A stretch of 63,068 nucleotides of DNA, counting the filler, from Choristocarpus tenellus KU-1152 (lineage: Eukaryota; Protista; Phaeophyceae), in NCBI GenBank assembly GCA_964200185.2. It is 12 parts of 12 records of this genome, joined end to end, with 100 filler letters (N's around TTAATTAATTAA, not from the genome) between each part and the next. Parts side by side here need not be neighbours in the genome. Positions count along the whole stretch, not along the records: positions 1 to 3,281 come from CAXNAD020021064.1; positions 3,382 to 11,469 come from CAXNAD020005167.1; positions 11,570 to 14,329 come from CAXNAD020024984.1; 9 more parts are not named here. One strand, written 5' to 3'. Below are positions 1-13,116 of this stretch, piece after piece. Position 1 is the first letter of the stretch; each line of letters opens with the position of its first letter. The notes beneath the pieces are model-generated. The model worked only from the letters and a program-made list of their open reading frames with translations, had not been told where the DNA came from and searched no databases. The translations under genes and the position numbers were made by a program.

Positions 1-3000
1 GTTAGACTCCTAAGCTCTTCACACAAAAGGCAGAGGTGTGGGGGTGGCATAGAGTATAGGGGGGAAGGTTGCAGTTTATCTGACAGTGGCTGAATGGAGA
101 GGGAATGGTAGAGATTTGTCTAACTGCCTTGCACCGTTTTTACCAGTACATGCCATTGAGAAATTGGCTTAACCTTTTCTGTTGACACTTCAAAACTGAA
201 AGTTCTTCCTTTCTCACTCCTGAGTGCATTTTTCAACTTCCCTATGTTTATGAACTATCTTCCCTTTAGCATGTTCTTTTGCTCCAACTTTCCGCCTCAA
301 ACTGCTTAGCTGAACTCTTGCATCCTCTAATGGAAAGCTGAGGATCCTCAATAATATATCTTTCTCTATCTTACTATGCTCAACCCTAACCCTCCCACAG
401 TGACTTACCAGAACATCATATTGACAAAGAAGTAATTTCCACAGGGTGGTCCTTACTGTCACTGTGTCTGTTCTTCATCATGGTCCACCCCTGCCTCCCA
501 CACTCTGCCCACTATATCTTTCCAGGGTTAATAGTATAAATAAGATGAGTAAATTGAGGGCTGTCTACCTAATGATACTCAAATATACTATAACCAGTTA
601 GCTTTTGGGGGTCAAATTACCCCTGCTCCACTTTTCGCATGGTCCACAAGCTGTTTTCACAAGTGAGTCACCTGGCCCCTCTCACACATCCCAACTGCAT
701 TGCTTGGTTCCCTTCCCCCCCTCGCCACCACTACCCCCTTGTCTATCCCTCTTATACTCCCCATTTCCATCATAGCATCTATCCTGTCGACAGTGAGAGC
801 CGTTAATATGTGACACTGTGCATTCAAGATAACTTGAATTTTGTTATTCTTCCCTATCTAATCCTCCCCCCATCCCCCCCATAACCTACAAATACAAAAT
901 GACATGGATGTAAATCCAGGCGAGGGAGAAATGGCAGCAGCATCTACCTTTACAGGGAAAGGAAAGGGGAAAGGAAAGGCGCCAACACCGCCGCCCAGAA
1001 AAAAATCTCGGAAGATGGGGGTGAAGGGTGGGGGGTACAACTCAGACAATGACAACTTTGCGGACATCACTCAAGGTGAGAAGGACAGAATATCATATGA
1101 GAGAGGTGAACGGGGAAGGGGGGGGTACAAAATATCTGTATCACTTACCCCCAAGGTTGTGTTCAAGTGTGATAATAATTCTCCATTTCTGTAGGACACA
1201 CTGGTGAGTGGGGGGAGGAGTCAGGTGATGAGCTTTGTTTTCTGACTGTGGACTAAGTGCATGTGATTTGTTGATCAAGACGTCAAAAACTGACAACATG
1301 GATAAGCCATCTAGCCAGCTCATGGGAGGGTTATTGAATGACTGAGGGTCTTGCCAGTTGATAATTCCTCTATCTACATTTGCAGAAAGCATGAAGTTTT
1401 GAGATCTTCTGTCTGGAAGCAGTTTTTGTTGACATGATTAGACTGGTATCCATGCCTCAATATCCTCTTATTGATGGTCCAATATTTCCAGACAAAGCGA
1501 GACATTGAGGGCCTCATGAGCGGGATTCTACCATTGTTGTTTCTATGGTTTCTCTGCTCAGTGATACTATCCATTGCTTGTTCTCAAGGCCTTTAATACT
1601 AGGATGGGACATATTTTCATTTGGGGGGGATGATGAATGGTGGTAGCCGTACTTCATTTCTTTGAGAAGTAAAAAATGTTACTAGTAGACCGCTCAGTTG
1701 TTTGGTTATTTTGTTAGTGTGCATCTGTTGTCATGCGGTTCATCAAGGTGATTTTTCAGCTCTAGATGAATTCTTGGGCTCCTGGCTTTTGTGCATTGAT
1801 GGTGTTGTCATCTTGGTGCAGATTTTTGTCACACTTTCCGGCAGAGACCCCTCCACCATGAGTAGGAAACAACCTACACGGTTGTTAAAGGAACCTTGCA
1901 ACTGTTTGCATATCGGATTGATTCACCCTTTTTCAGTCATCAAAGAAGGGTATGATGACGTCTCCAACGAGCGTGTAGGTTGAGGATTGGAGTACCATAT
2001 CTTTTTGGCAGGAGTCTTTGATGTATGGAATGAAGGGGGAGTTTGTTCCTTGTTGTTCCCTGTTGGCGTTTATTTTTTCGATGCATCTACAGATCTGTGC
2101 TGATCAGGTCTTTGCTGGAGGTATTGATATTTTCCTAATGTATTTGATAGGTTATTTAAAAAAAAAAGAAGACATTCTCATTTGATAGATGGAGAGAGTT
2201 GGTGTTGGTGTTTGCAAACACTCTCACTATTGTTCTTTGTACTTTATTAGTGGAATGAAGCAATGCCCAGTGTTACTTCTCTGCATTGTGGTGAGTGAAT
2301 TCAGGTGCTGTCAGTGAAACATCATATTCAGCGTATTGTTGTAGCCCATTACTGTATGTTACGGCCAGTACTATGTAGTGGGGTAATTTGATATGCAAGG
2401 GAGAGAATCTCAAGTTCTTGGTTGCAGTGGATAGTGATTTGGAAGAACGCGGAAATAGAATGAGACAACACAGCTTGACTGCAGGGGGCAGGGGCTAGGG
2501 TTCTTAGATCACCAGGGATGATATGTGTATGTGTCTTGATAGATGTTAATGTACACACAGATTTGAGGTGGGATGCATGTATTATCAAAGATGCCTGAAA
2601 GCAAATGTGCATGCCAGCATGCGGGGTAGGCACACTGTACAGTCCAGGGTCATGCCCAGAAGTAACACCTTTGCTGAATGTGGAATGGCCCTAGTTTCAG
2701 CATTATGGTATACTCTTTGTCCAATATTGGCATCTAGGTGTCATGCGCTGGTGAGGCTACATATAGGGCTTAGAAGTGGGTATCAAAGGTTCTCATGAAT
2801 CAAGCTTGAGATATTTTGTCTTGTTCTCTAGCAACTATGTTAAGTGTTTCTTGCTTTTGCCCCTTCCCCTGTTACACCCAGGATCACAAACACCCCCTTT
2901 CACATGCCTTCCCCCTTCCCCACCCCTGTTACACTAGTGCTTATCCTCCCATGCACACCGTTCTGCTGATTAATTCATGGACTTCCAGAACATTCCATTT

Positions 3001-3281
3001 AATGTTTTTGTGTAATGAAATATTTGTGTGTCCTTTGGGGGGGATTCAACACCACAGATGAGTTCTCCATGTTCTCTGAGAGTGCCATTCTTCCACGGTC
3101 TAGGCGCTTAGCAGCTATCAGGTCTCGTAAGCTCACTGCAGCGGAGATCGGCACCTTAGGGGATGATGACGACGACTCTGATGAGGGGGCAGTAGGGGGG
3201 GGGGGGGGGGGGGGGGCAACAGCAGTTGGGGGAGAAAGGGGGGAAGGGGAAGAAGGGCAAGAGTTTTGACAAATCCATGGA

Positions 3282-3381
3282 NNNNNNNNNNNNNNNNNNN
3301 NNNNNNNNNNNNNNNNNNNNNNNNNTTAATTAATTAANNNNNNNNNNNNNNNNNNNNNNNNNNNNNNNNNNNNNNNNNNNN
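3282..3381. other. Artificial contig-joining linker (N44-TTAATTAATTAA-N44). Same linker at 11470-11569, 14330-14429, 18842-18941, 21471-21570, 32107-32206, 35679-35778, 41818-41917, 45971-46070, 48841-48940, 53398-53497
   Basis: The same 100-bp N-padded spacer with stops in all six frames occurs 11 times. Adjacency across it is not biological. Confidence 0.98.
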
Positions 3382-3440
3382 GATTGTCCCAAATGGACAC
3401 CCTGGTGTAGATCCCCCCCCCCCCCCAGATATTTTGGGTC
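3382..3440 (-). mobile_element. MITE end fragment at contig start. Other truncated ends of this family at 11410-11469, 14449-14519, 18813-18841, 21375-~21400, 21571-21633
   Basis: Match to the CAAAGTATCTG-Gn-...GTCCATTTGG terminal motif of the full copies; these fragments lie at or near contig breaks. Confidence 0.85.
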
Positions 3441-3515
3441 CTTTATCCAAGTGTTGACAAACTAGAACCGATCTCGTCCTCCTTCGAATCTTGGAGGATC
3501 ACATACCGAAGTCCA

Positions 3516-3694
3516 GGCTCAAAGTATCTGAGGGGGGTGGAGGGTCTACATGAGGGTGTCCATTTGGACCCTTACCAGGAAAGGTGCGCTTACATTATCC
3601 ATCTGACACATGAAGCCAAATCACCCAAAAATTGCGACATGGAAAAACAAACCCAAAATGGACAGCCGGCACCCCCCCCCAGATACTTTGAGCC
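3516..3694 (+). mobile_element. MITE, ~175-180 bp subfamily (Sola-like), full copy
   Basis: Inverted termini GGCTCAAAGTATCTG...CAGATACTTTGAGCC, 4-bp direct repeat TCCA at 3512-3515 and 3695-3698, G/C tracts just inside each end. Confidence 0.9.
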
Positions 3695-3859
3695 TCCACG
3701 CACAATGCTCCTAAGCACAACACCAACCCAGGACCTCAGGAAGTGTATCTTGAAATACTTTCCGAGAAACGTACGACAATAGACCTTGGCCAATAACCAT
3801 TCGTATACACCTCCAGAATCCGTCCACACACTACATGAAAGATACAGTAGTACACTAAT

Positions 3860-4560
3860 CCGAACACAAAATCCGACCCTTTTCCCTTCCTTCATACCAA
3901 CAACTTCGACCCTAACACCCTCAGCGATAACCACGTTTGTGTACATACTAAATCCGACATATGCACGCAAATAAACGAAGTACTATATATAAAACAGTAC
4001 ATGATATATATTTTGGTTCCTCGTGCAAACACTGGGAGAACAGGCCCTAACTGACGGTCCTCTTTGCGTACAAACCAGACACGACTTATGCAAGCAAATA
4101 AACGAAAAAACCAACCACGCAACAGTCCATAGTCTTTTTTTCAATTCCTCATGCTAACAGTGGGAAAACACACCCTAACCGAAAGCCCTCTTTATGTGCT
4201 AACCAAATCCCACTCATGCAACCAAACAAACCAATAACCAGTCCTGAAACAACCAATGCGATATCGCTTATTTTTCATCGTAACTGCACGACCAACCATA
4301 CATAAACTAATAATCCTGTTTGAACAGATTCGAAATCCGACACATGCAAACGTCGAAACTCCTAACCAAACCTAAACAAATGGTGGCATATATTCCCATT
4401 CCTCTTGCGTACGCAAGGACAGAAAAGAACCTAACCAACAGTCTTCTTTTTTTTGCTGACATTTCCAATCCGACACGTGCGACCAAATTACACCAAAAAG
4501 TGAAAATCGAAAAAAGGGTGGAAAACGGACGCCGGCACCCCCCCCCAGATACTTTGACCC
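3860..4560 (+). mobile_element. Longer non-autonomous element of the same TIR family with degenerate ~120-130 bp subterminal repeats (left boundary uncertain)
   Basis: Ends in CAGATACTTTGACCC at 4560, nearly identical to 21571-21633. An AATCCGACA(C/T)ATGCA..CAAA-like motif recurs at ~3951, 4075, 4205, 4333, 4468. Confidence 0.6.
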
Positions 4561-5911
4561 TGGGACGTGGTCACCCGTTGTATGGTGAGTGTTTGCATGC
4601 CCATGCTGGACACAGAATATGTGCAGTGTCTTAGATCCTTACAGTTCATGTGTATGACATGATGCTTTTGGCGTTGGGTGATGATTGCAATGATCTTTGT
4701 GCCTCCCTGAATGAAGAGTTCCTCACCAAAAGGCTTGGCTTGTTGTCTCAGTTTTCTGGTTACACTTACACAAGAGATTGAAAGCGTGGTACCCTCTCAA
4801 TTACCCAGACTATCTACATTGGCAGTTTGTGTGAACGATTCCCACACAATCAACAAGCCCCATCCCTGCTGCCCCTTCCAGAAAGCTGGGAATTAGGGAG
4901 GGGGATACCCTGTCAGAGGATTGCCCTTTTCGGGAGGCAGTTGGGGGGTTGATGTGGGTCAGTAACATGACCAGGCCAAATGTGACTAATGCAGTGAGAG
5001 CTGTTGCCCATCATTCACGTACTCCAAGTCATGTTCACTGGAGAGTCGTGACCCAGATCCTCAAGTACCTTAAAGGAACGCGGAGTTGGGCTTAACCTAT
5101 GAGAAAGGAGCAGGACTGAAACTAGTGGCCTATTCTGATGCATATTTTGCCAATGAGACTTTGGACAGATGTTCTGTATCAGGGGGGGCAGTGTTGTGTG
5201 CGAGGGGAGCAGTGGCCTGGCCTTCTAAGACCCAGCGTATCATTGCACAGTCACTGCAGGGGCTGAATACATAGCTATGGGGGATTGAGTGAAGGAGTTG
5301 TTTTTTTGGGGGGGTGTTGGAATTTGTTCGACCTAATGTTTCTGGATCTTGTTATGTGGTGTATGAGGACAACACAGGGGTCATCCATTTGGCAAACAAC
5401 TATTTGAGTTCTGGCTGGACCAAGCACATAGATTTGCGTCACCATTTCCTGAGGGACTTGGTAGCACATGAGCAAATACAAATCATCCATGTTAACTCAG
5501 ATGAGCAGCGTGCAGATGTGCTGACGAAGCCTCTAGCAGAGAAATCTTTTTGGAGGCATGCAGGGGCTTTGCTGAACTAAACTATATATTTAGAGGTTTG
5601 TTTTTCGTTGGATTTTGAATTCCTTGTGTTCGTTTGGATTTTCTTCCTCAGTGAGTCCATCACCTAATTATGTCTAGTGACCGCTCAGAGTTGTTTTAGG
5701 TAGGGAGAGTTTCAAATAGACTCCTCCAACTGTAAAGGATATCGTCACTAGTATTATATATACAGGGTCAAAATACAAGAATTAATAGTTGGTTAACTCA
5801 TAGTTGTCCTTGTATTCTAAACGAACAAATGGATAGGAATTGATTCCATTTATGCATGGTGTTTTGGGGTTGTATGGTCACCCTTTCTTATTGGGAAAAT
5901 TACTCCACAAC
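4561..5911 (+). mobile_element. Ty1/Copia remnant: RT C-terminus, RNase H and probable 3' LTR
   Basis: Disrupted frames give TRPNVTNAV, HWRVVTQILKYLKGT, AYSDAYFA, YEDNTG, TKHIDLRHHFLRD and ADVLTKPL (stop 5580). Purine tract at ~5702-5709, then ~200 bp ending ...CCACAACA. Confidence 0.9.
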
Positions 5912-5989
5912 ATTTGGTAATGCTCCTGTATTCATCTCTTCTATCCGTACATGAGCTGGGGGATACTTTAATGGGATATGCGGACATGC

Positions 5990-8900
5990 AAATAATGCTA
6001 CGGACCCATTCCATTGGATGTGATATATTTGGGCTCCAGGGGACTAGGCGAGATGGACGGTCTTCCCTCGTATTTTCAGGAGAATTCGTACTTATCAGCG
6101 GAGGAGATGATGGAATAGAGAGTCATGGCATTGAAGCGGGGGTGAAACATTCGTTTACGCGAGAAGCGGACTGTGAGTAGGAATTCACTAGCGACTGGCT
6201 GATGAAAGTTAGGATCTCCTCACCCTGCGCTAGAGTATGGTCACGCTCATCGTGGGATACACTCCAACTGAGTTTATTGGTAGACAGTGGGAGGAGAGAC
6301 AATAACAGGGAGAAGAGGATCACTTCAGGGTAAGCCTCGAAAACACTGTGGAACAGGTGCTTTCTAAGGAGAATTTATTTATCTTAAAGGGTGCCAGCGC
6401 TCAAACCGGAAGAAGAAGTGAAGGAAAGGCAGGAAGTGATACCTTGGTTCTGGGGGCTTATGGATGTATCCAGCAAAATAATAATGGTGTGTGATTAGTA
6501 AGATTTACCAACATGAACAATCTTGCACCCCTATAAATATTTTCGGCACACCAAAAGGTCAAAGACTCCATACCTTTGTGAGCCCCAAGGTGAGAAATAC
6601 CGCCTTGATTACATCGTCATACATCACATCGACAGACTCATTCAGAATGTGATGGTGTATCCTGTCCTGCAATCAGACCACCGAATAGTATCGATGTCAG
6701 TTTGGCTCCTTAGTCGACTCACACTAAATCAAGTGACACGATCACCCAAGAGATTTATTTTGACCGCCATACCCTCAACTTACATCTTTAGTTCAGACTG
6801 GTCTACCAAATACTATTGCTAAGAAGTGCCTTGGTCTTCCAGAGGGGATGATTAAGGGTGTCGATATCGTGGCATCCGTGTACATTGCATGTATGCTGGA
6901 GACTCCCACTGAGCTTACCTCACCTCCAACACGAAATGCTGTTTCTTGAGGATGGTGAGCCAATTTGAGGTTCGAGGGAGGACGCTTGGATGCAATTACA
7001 TGCCGAACCACAAAACTACACTCTCAAAATGCCGTCAGATGGGTAATAGAGACTTGAAGAAAATGAGACCCTCCATTGTGCAGGACCTCTTTGTTGCCTA
7101 CACCTCGGCAAAGATGGAAGGAAATATTGGACCTGGGGATCAGGTTGGCTACTACTATCAACATATCAAAGGCTCCAACCTGGACGGGAGCAAATACAGT
7201 GACTCTCCATTCGTTCGAGATGAGTTTGGTAGGTTGCTAGAGAACCAGGATCTATTCTTGGACGATGGATAGGGCATTTCCCAGCACTAGTGAATGAAAA
7301 ATTGACCAAACTTAGCCCTAGTATCATCAACTCGATCAACACACTGCCCCCTTACTTGCCACTTGCTGATGAGCCTTACTATTTTGGAAGTGATAAGTGT
7401 CATACATTATCCAACCAACCAAAACGTTGTGGGCCTAGATGACCTTCCGGTGGAACTCCTAAAGCTGGGACTTGACAACTCCCATTCACTGCAGGTCTTC
7501 GACAATATTCTTGCTGTGTAATGGTCAGTGGAGGTCCCCCAGAAGTGGAAGGACGCTGTCATTAAACCATCCACAAGAAGAAAGATCGGGTTGATTACGG
7601 GAACTATAGGTACCATATCCTGATAAGATACTCCGCAAAATTATTTCATGACATATAGGAACCTATGTTGAGCAGGAGTGAATGTTTCAGAGGAGGAATG
7701 CAGATTCTGATCTAGGCAATCGACATTGACATAATGTACGTGGCTTGTGTCTTACTGGATACTCAGGCAAGAGAAGGTCCCTTTATGCATGCGATTTATT
7801 GGCCTGCAGAAGGTGTATGACTCCGTCGATTGAGACCGTCTATGGGCAGTTCTGAACCAAATTTGGGGTGCCAACAAAGGTTATTTATCATTTATCAATT
7901 CCATGTTGGAATGTGGGCTTTTGTGCAGATGCGTGTTGGGGAATGCTGACACTGCTGGTTCATTATTCAACATAGCCTCTGTAAAAAGTCTGTTGTTATC
8001 ATTCCGCTGGTCTATAATCTCTTCTTTACCGCATTGCTTACTATTGTACTGGAGAGGGTTCAGAATTGTGGAGGATTGAGGAGAATATTCCTAAGGAAGA
8101 CCTATTCTATATCAGGAGACCAAGGGTTAAACACTAGGCCTTTGGAGCGGGGGAAGGGCACCAGGAGATACCTTCACAGTTACTGAAATTGTGGTGTAGA
8201 ATGTAAGCTGATGATTCAGGCATCATGTCAATGGCTCAGGAGAGTTTGGTCAAAATGTGGCTGTAAATTGTTACAGTGTGGACGGCAATAAAACTGACCG
8301 TGTCGAAGAAGAAGATGGAGATCACCATGTACCTTCGTGTCCCCAACGGGCCAGCACAAGTGATACAGATTGAGGTTGGAGGACAGCGGTATCATCAGAC
8401 TGCCAAGTGTCTCTATGTCGGGGGTTCTGTCAGTAATGATGCTAGTCACCAAGATCCAATTTCATACCCAAAGGCTTTAGGGTGCTTCAAGGAGTACAGC
8501 AGAGAGTATATGACTGAGCAGTACCCCTTGAGCTAAATATTCGGGTGCTCAAAGTCGAAGTAGTTGAGACTCTGTTGTATGAATGTATGACGTGGACATT
8601 AAGAAAATATCACTACAACCAACTCCGTGCTCAACGCTGCAAATTCCTACAACGCTACATTAGGTTCCACAAACAAAAATGTACGGAACAAGCCATGTCG
8701 TACAAAGAAGGCCTGAAGAGGACTAGATGGGAGTGGATCGAGGCTCATATCCGCCAAACAGGCTAATATTTACAGGTTCAAAGTTGTGATTAGATGGCGA
8801 TCGCTTCCTCAAGAACCTCACGCTTCGGGAACTCAACACCTAGAAACTAGGTGGGGAGGAGGAAGGCCCAGAGAAAAAATGGTGATGGTGCCCTCCAAGA

Positions 8901-9090
8901 TGACTCCAAGGCCTTCAATATCACAGCTGATCAGCGGTTTCTCTTACCAGAAAAGTTTCGAACAGGTGGCACAGGTGTGTGAAGATTGGAGTAAAATACT
9001 CCATAGATGCTGGCATACCGCTGAGGTCAAAGTAGCCACAGCCCGTCATACGAAAGTGGACTTGGCCACCAACCACTTGATAATCATGTG
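5990..9090 (+). mobile_element. Degenerate LINE (RTE-like): APE endonuclease plus reverse transcriptase pseudogene
   Basis: Motifs in the expected order: DIFGLQGTRR, RLDYIV, SDHR, GLDDLPVELLK, VPQKWKDAVI, FIGLQKVYDSVD, *ADD (~8205), VVETLLYECMTWTL. Many stops and frameshifts. Confidence 0.85.
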
Positions 9091-10879
9091 ATGATGTGTC
9101 CTCAGCTTCTTTTATTTTCTTCTTTTCTTCTCTGAAGGAGAAGGGGTCAAGTTTTGCGATGGAGAATCGCGTGAGGCTCATAACTTGTTGAAACTTGGGA
9201 TCGAATGGATCGTGTTTTCTTGTACTGTAACAGGTTGGTAGGGAAGGGGTATCATGGTGCAATCAAACACCAGTTAATTTGTTCTGATGAACCTAGTGTC
9301 GTGCTGCTCATAAATCAGAGGTTTTTTGCTGCAAAGTAGTGGGTATTTCTTGAGACGCTCAAAAGAGATACATGCTCTGAGTAGAGACCTTGGCACCTTG
9401 TGGATAATGGTTTTTCTGTAGATGTTGAAACCCTAGCTATATTGCCATCCAGTTGTGCATCAGGCGCACTTAACGCAGAGTGAACTTAAAGTCTAAATAG
9501 GGGCAAAAACAACCAGAGAAAAAACAATAATCACCATATGAGACACGACTGATGGTTGTGATATGAAGATCGAAAAACAAGTAACAAACTTGAATCAATA
9601 TCTGGGACAACTCATATGGCAAATACTGTGCTTGTATGTTTGACAGATGTCAACTGCTCCATGCCTCCTATGCACCATGATCTTCTATAATAGTAGTTGA
9701 GGATGTTATGATGAGGTGCTAATACTGTATCGTATGAAGTACACAAAAGAGATGAGTAGCCTAGAGGATCCCTTTGCCCAGCCTAACATGCCCTTGTTGT
9801 GGATGTCTTTTAGCAGGCGTTTATCTACTGAATGCAAGAACTTACCTAGATGGTCTGGTGCCATAGTATCTGAGAGGTGGGGTGTGTGTTTAACCCAGGT
9901 TGTCCACGAATGAACGCCTGACCCCCCCTCTAGGATACGATACTTCAGATGAAGTAAGTGCATGTGGATATGTGCCCTTCCAACCAATTTTGATTCTTGA
10001 ATCTGGAACTCATAGTTAAATTTTGATTTTCTTTCTGTTTATTTTCTTGTATCTGGAACGTCGAGTGATGGAATTTGCATTTTGAAAGTTGAAGATATTT
10101 TGTAATGTTTATATTTCTTTCACAATTTAACTAGTGATGTAATGCCCTGTCACTATCATAACACGCCAATTTGACATCTCCCACACCCATAGTTGAAAAA
10201 GTAGTCAACAAGGCAATACAATTCCTTGAGAAAAGGCAACCAAGGAATATATGAAAGAAAAATAAAACAGTAGAAAAAATACAAGAAAGAAACAACGTGA
10301 AGGTATTTACAGTCCATCTCTGCTCAGCTCCAATGACAACTTGTCAAAGTCGGCCTTTAGTTCTTTCCTGTCAAACTTAATTCCATTTTCCACATGCAAG
10401 CTCCGCAAACACCAACTTTGCTTTCTTCACGAACTATAGATTGTTAATTAGCCTCGTCTTAGACTTTCATCCATTCTACTCCTCCTCAGCCATTGTAACG
10501 ACGATGGTGACCAACCAGCACGACCAATCTCTGCCATTGGTTTCCTCTCACCAACCAATGCGACCAATTTCCATGAATCCATCCACCTTCCTTCACAACA
10601 CTTTCCACCACTTTCCACTACACTTCACCATTCTCCACCACACCACAACAACCACCACTCGAAAACACTACACATTTATCCAAGAACACTCCTCCATCAC
10701 CCGCTTCAATGGTGTGCCTTTGAACTAGAGAACAACTAACCCAGCTGAACTTGCCCCCCCCTCCCCGTTCCTCCAACATCCTACTCGATTGTGAGCAATC
10801 GAAAGGGCTGTGGGTTGGAAGGTTGCTTGGAGGTTGACGTGATCTTGCCCCTGCTTGTCCTGCGCTACCACCCCTGGGT

Positions 10880-11116
10880 TTACCTTTAGTTCTGCCCCAT
10901 TCCTTCTTTCCTCATGACCCCCCTGCTACTCATTTCTCTTGACTCCTCTCCTATCGCTTCTACCTCTGAGCCATCCAGTCTTTAACTTTTCGTCTACCCT
11001 TCAATTCTTCTTTTTTTTCCCCTGCCAATACTTCAGCTTAACATAAGTATTCCCCTCTACCAATTGTCCCGCTCACAAAACTCAGATTACTTCATAAACT
11101 TCCCCATCTTGGGAAG
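10880..11116 (-). repeat. Degenerate copy of the 5' region of the DIRS/Ngaro-like element at 39616+
   Basis: 28-nt exact match AAGTTTATGAAGTAATCTGAGTTTTGTG (11074-11101 minus; 39628-39655 plus), followed by similar purine-rich sequence. Confidence 0.6.
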
Positions 11117-11688
11117 TCATTAATCCCCATGGGAGGAACTGAAACAGCACATTCAAGTCTCCACTCGCGCAATATTTCCTTGATATACTTGTGAAAATTT
11201 AGGCTGATGTTTGCATGATTTTTGAAGATGGGAGAAGAGAAGGGAATCTCACACGATTCTCTCTTACTTGAACGTGTTCGCATGATCAAAAATACAATAA
11301 TGATATTATCATAGATGGGGGTTGGTTTAGTACCCGTTGTTTCTATAAAGAATCATCAAAAAGAAACATCTACACTATATTTCCAGAAAACCCCAAGATT
11401 ACTTCTTGAGATCCAAAGTATCTGGGAGGGGGGGGGGTCTACACCAGGGTGTCCATTTGGACCAAAATCNNNNNNNNNNNNNNNNNNNNNNNNNNNNNNN
11501 NNNNNNNNNNNNNTTAATTAATTAANNNNNNNNNNNNNNNNNNNNNNNNNNNNNNNNNNNNNNNNNNNNGGACACTGAATTACATGGGTACCAACCTTGC
11601 CAATGTAGCCTACTTTCGAGGATATATTAGCTCTATCTATGCTCTATTCGTGACGTAGAGTATAACTTGATTTTACACCCAATTTTAC

Positions 11689-12889
11689 CTTTGAAAGAAT
11701 AATCCCCGCTGGCAGCTGAGACTGCCCGATCAATAGTCAGACGCCGTGCAGACACTGCTCGATCAACCATCACCACTGATTGAAACGCCTTTTTTAGTTC
11801 TTCTTCATCTTTTGAAACATGTGATCCTGTGGTGTGTGACAAATCTACCCTTGGAACTATCTCTGAGACGTGAAGAGGAGGAATGTTCTGCGTGTATTTC
11901 GTTCGTAAGCAAGGAAAGTGGTATGACAGTCGTTGGAGAACGTCATCCATTCGAAGGGAGAGCTCTCTCATCTTGTCGATTTCGAGCTGTTTCGCTGCGG
12001 CCTTGGCAGCCTCCTCGTCCTTATAACAGAGACAGCAAAACAAACGGAGGAAGGTGAATTGATTGGAGTGGTAGAACGAACGATGGGGAAGCGTAAGAAT
12101 ACATTTACAGTCCAAGAGAAAGGAACACAGACTCTAGCATATAGGTAGCCGGTGATATTTTGCTATGACCTCGAATGGAAGTATAGAGACTGAAGAGGAG
12201 TAAAATGGATCAGTACACAATCCTTGTAGGATCGGGCAGACGACATCAGCACACCACCTAAGAAGATAACTATGTAGTAGACAGTTTGGCGTTGACACAA
12301 CCCTACCTTGGCGTTTTCTGCTTCCTTATCCAAGTCCTTCCTCTCCTCAGAACTATGTCCATCTTCTGAATCTGTACCCTCCTCTGCGCTCCTACTCTCC
12401 TCAGAGTTACTGGTATCATCTGAGTTGCTGTCATCCTCTGAATCGTTTCCCTCGTCGGAACTGCTTTCCTCCTCAGAATTGCTTTCCTCCTCCGAATTGC
12501 TGTCAGAATCGGAACCGCCGTCCTCACCAGAGCTGCTATTGCTGTCTTCGGAACTGCTTTCTGTTTCGGAGGTTCCTTGATCTGGGTCGGAGTCCTCCTG
12601 CAAGATCGAGTGCCAATAGTAACAGGTCCGCGAGATCTTAGGTGTTTTCGCGGAGAACTACGACCATCGTGAAAGAAGCAACTACGCAAATGGAAGACAG
12701 AATGTGATCAGCCTACCCTTCACTGACCAGGCGTATGTCCTTTCGTGGATCTATCCTGGGTCGTTCTCAGTCGCTTTGAGAGAACCCAACCGAATAACGA
12801 AAATACGTGCATCTTGTTCTGAGGAGCGACGTGATGTTCCCCACCTCAGATTCGCTGCTCTCAGAGATCTCCGACTCAGTACTCGACAT
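11689..12889 (-). CDS. Unknown protein with Ser/Glu/Asp-rich N-terminus, 3' partial. Exons 12889-12845, 12597-12307, 12019-11689
   Basis: ATG at 12889. GT-AG junctions join in frame: MSSTESEISESSESE|EDSDPDQG...ENAK|DEEAAKAAAKQLEIDKMRELSL...YSFK. No family recognised. Confidence 0.65.
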
Positions 12890-13116
12890 TCTGTACTAGC
12901 AACTTTTTCAACGGGAAATTGCCATGGATTGGGGAGGGGAGAAAGGGGTTTTGAAAGGGGAGAAAGGGGTTTTGGGTGAATACGAAGGTGGCGTTTCTTC
13001 TAATGTTTACCCGAAGGTCCTGCCGAATTGCTCCGAGAATGGGTTGAAACAATAAAGACTAAACCTATAAATTACTCAAATATCAAGGAAAAAATTGTGC
13101 ATCCCAGTAACACTCA
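12890..13116. promoter_or_regulatory. Probable bidirectional promoter
   Basis: 227 bp separate two divergent ATGs (12889 minus, 13117 plus); the flanking sequence is CpG-rich. Confidence 0.5.

Noticed and set aside
904-1203. Possible first exon(s) MDVNPGEGEM...ITQ with GT donor at 1076, and acidic ORF at 3015-3269
   Set aside because: Low complexity, no recognisable homology, and no consistent gene model could be built.
12308-12580. Plus-strand Ser/Leu-rich ORF; likewise 39807-40367 minus
   Set aside because: Antisense shadows of low-complexity coding sequence on the other strand.
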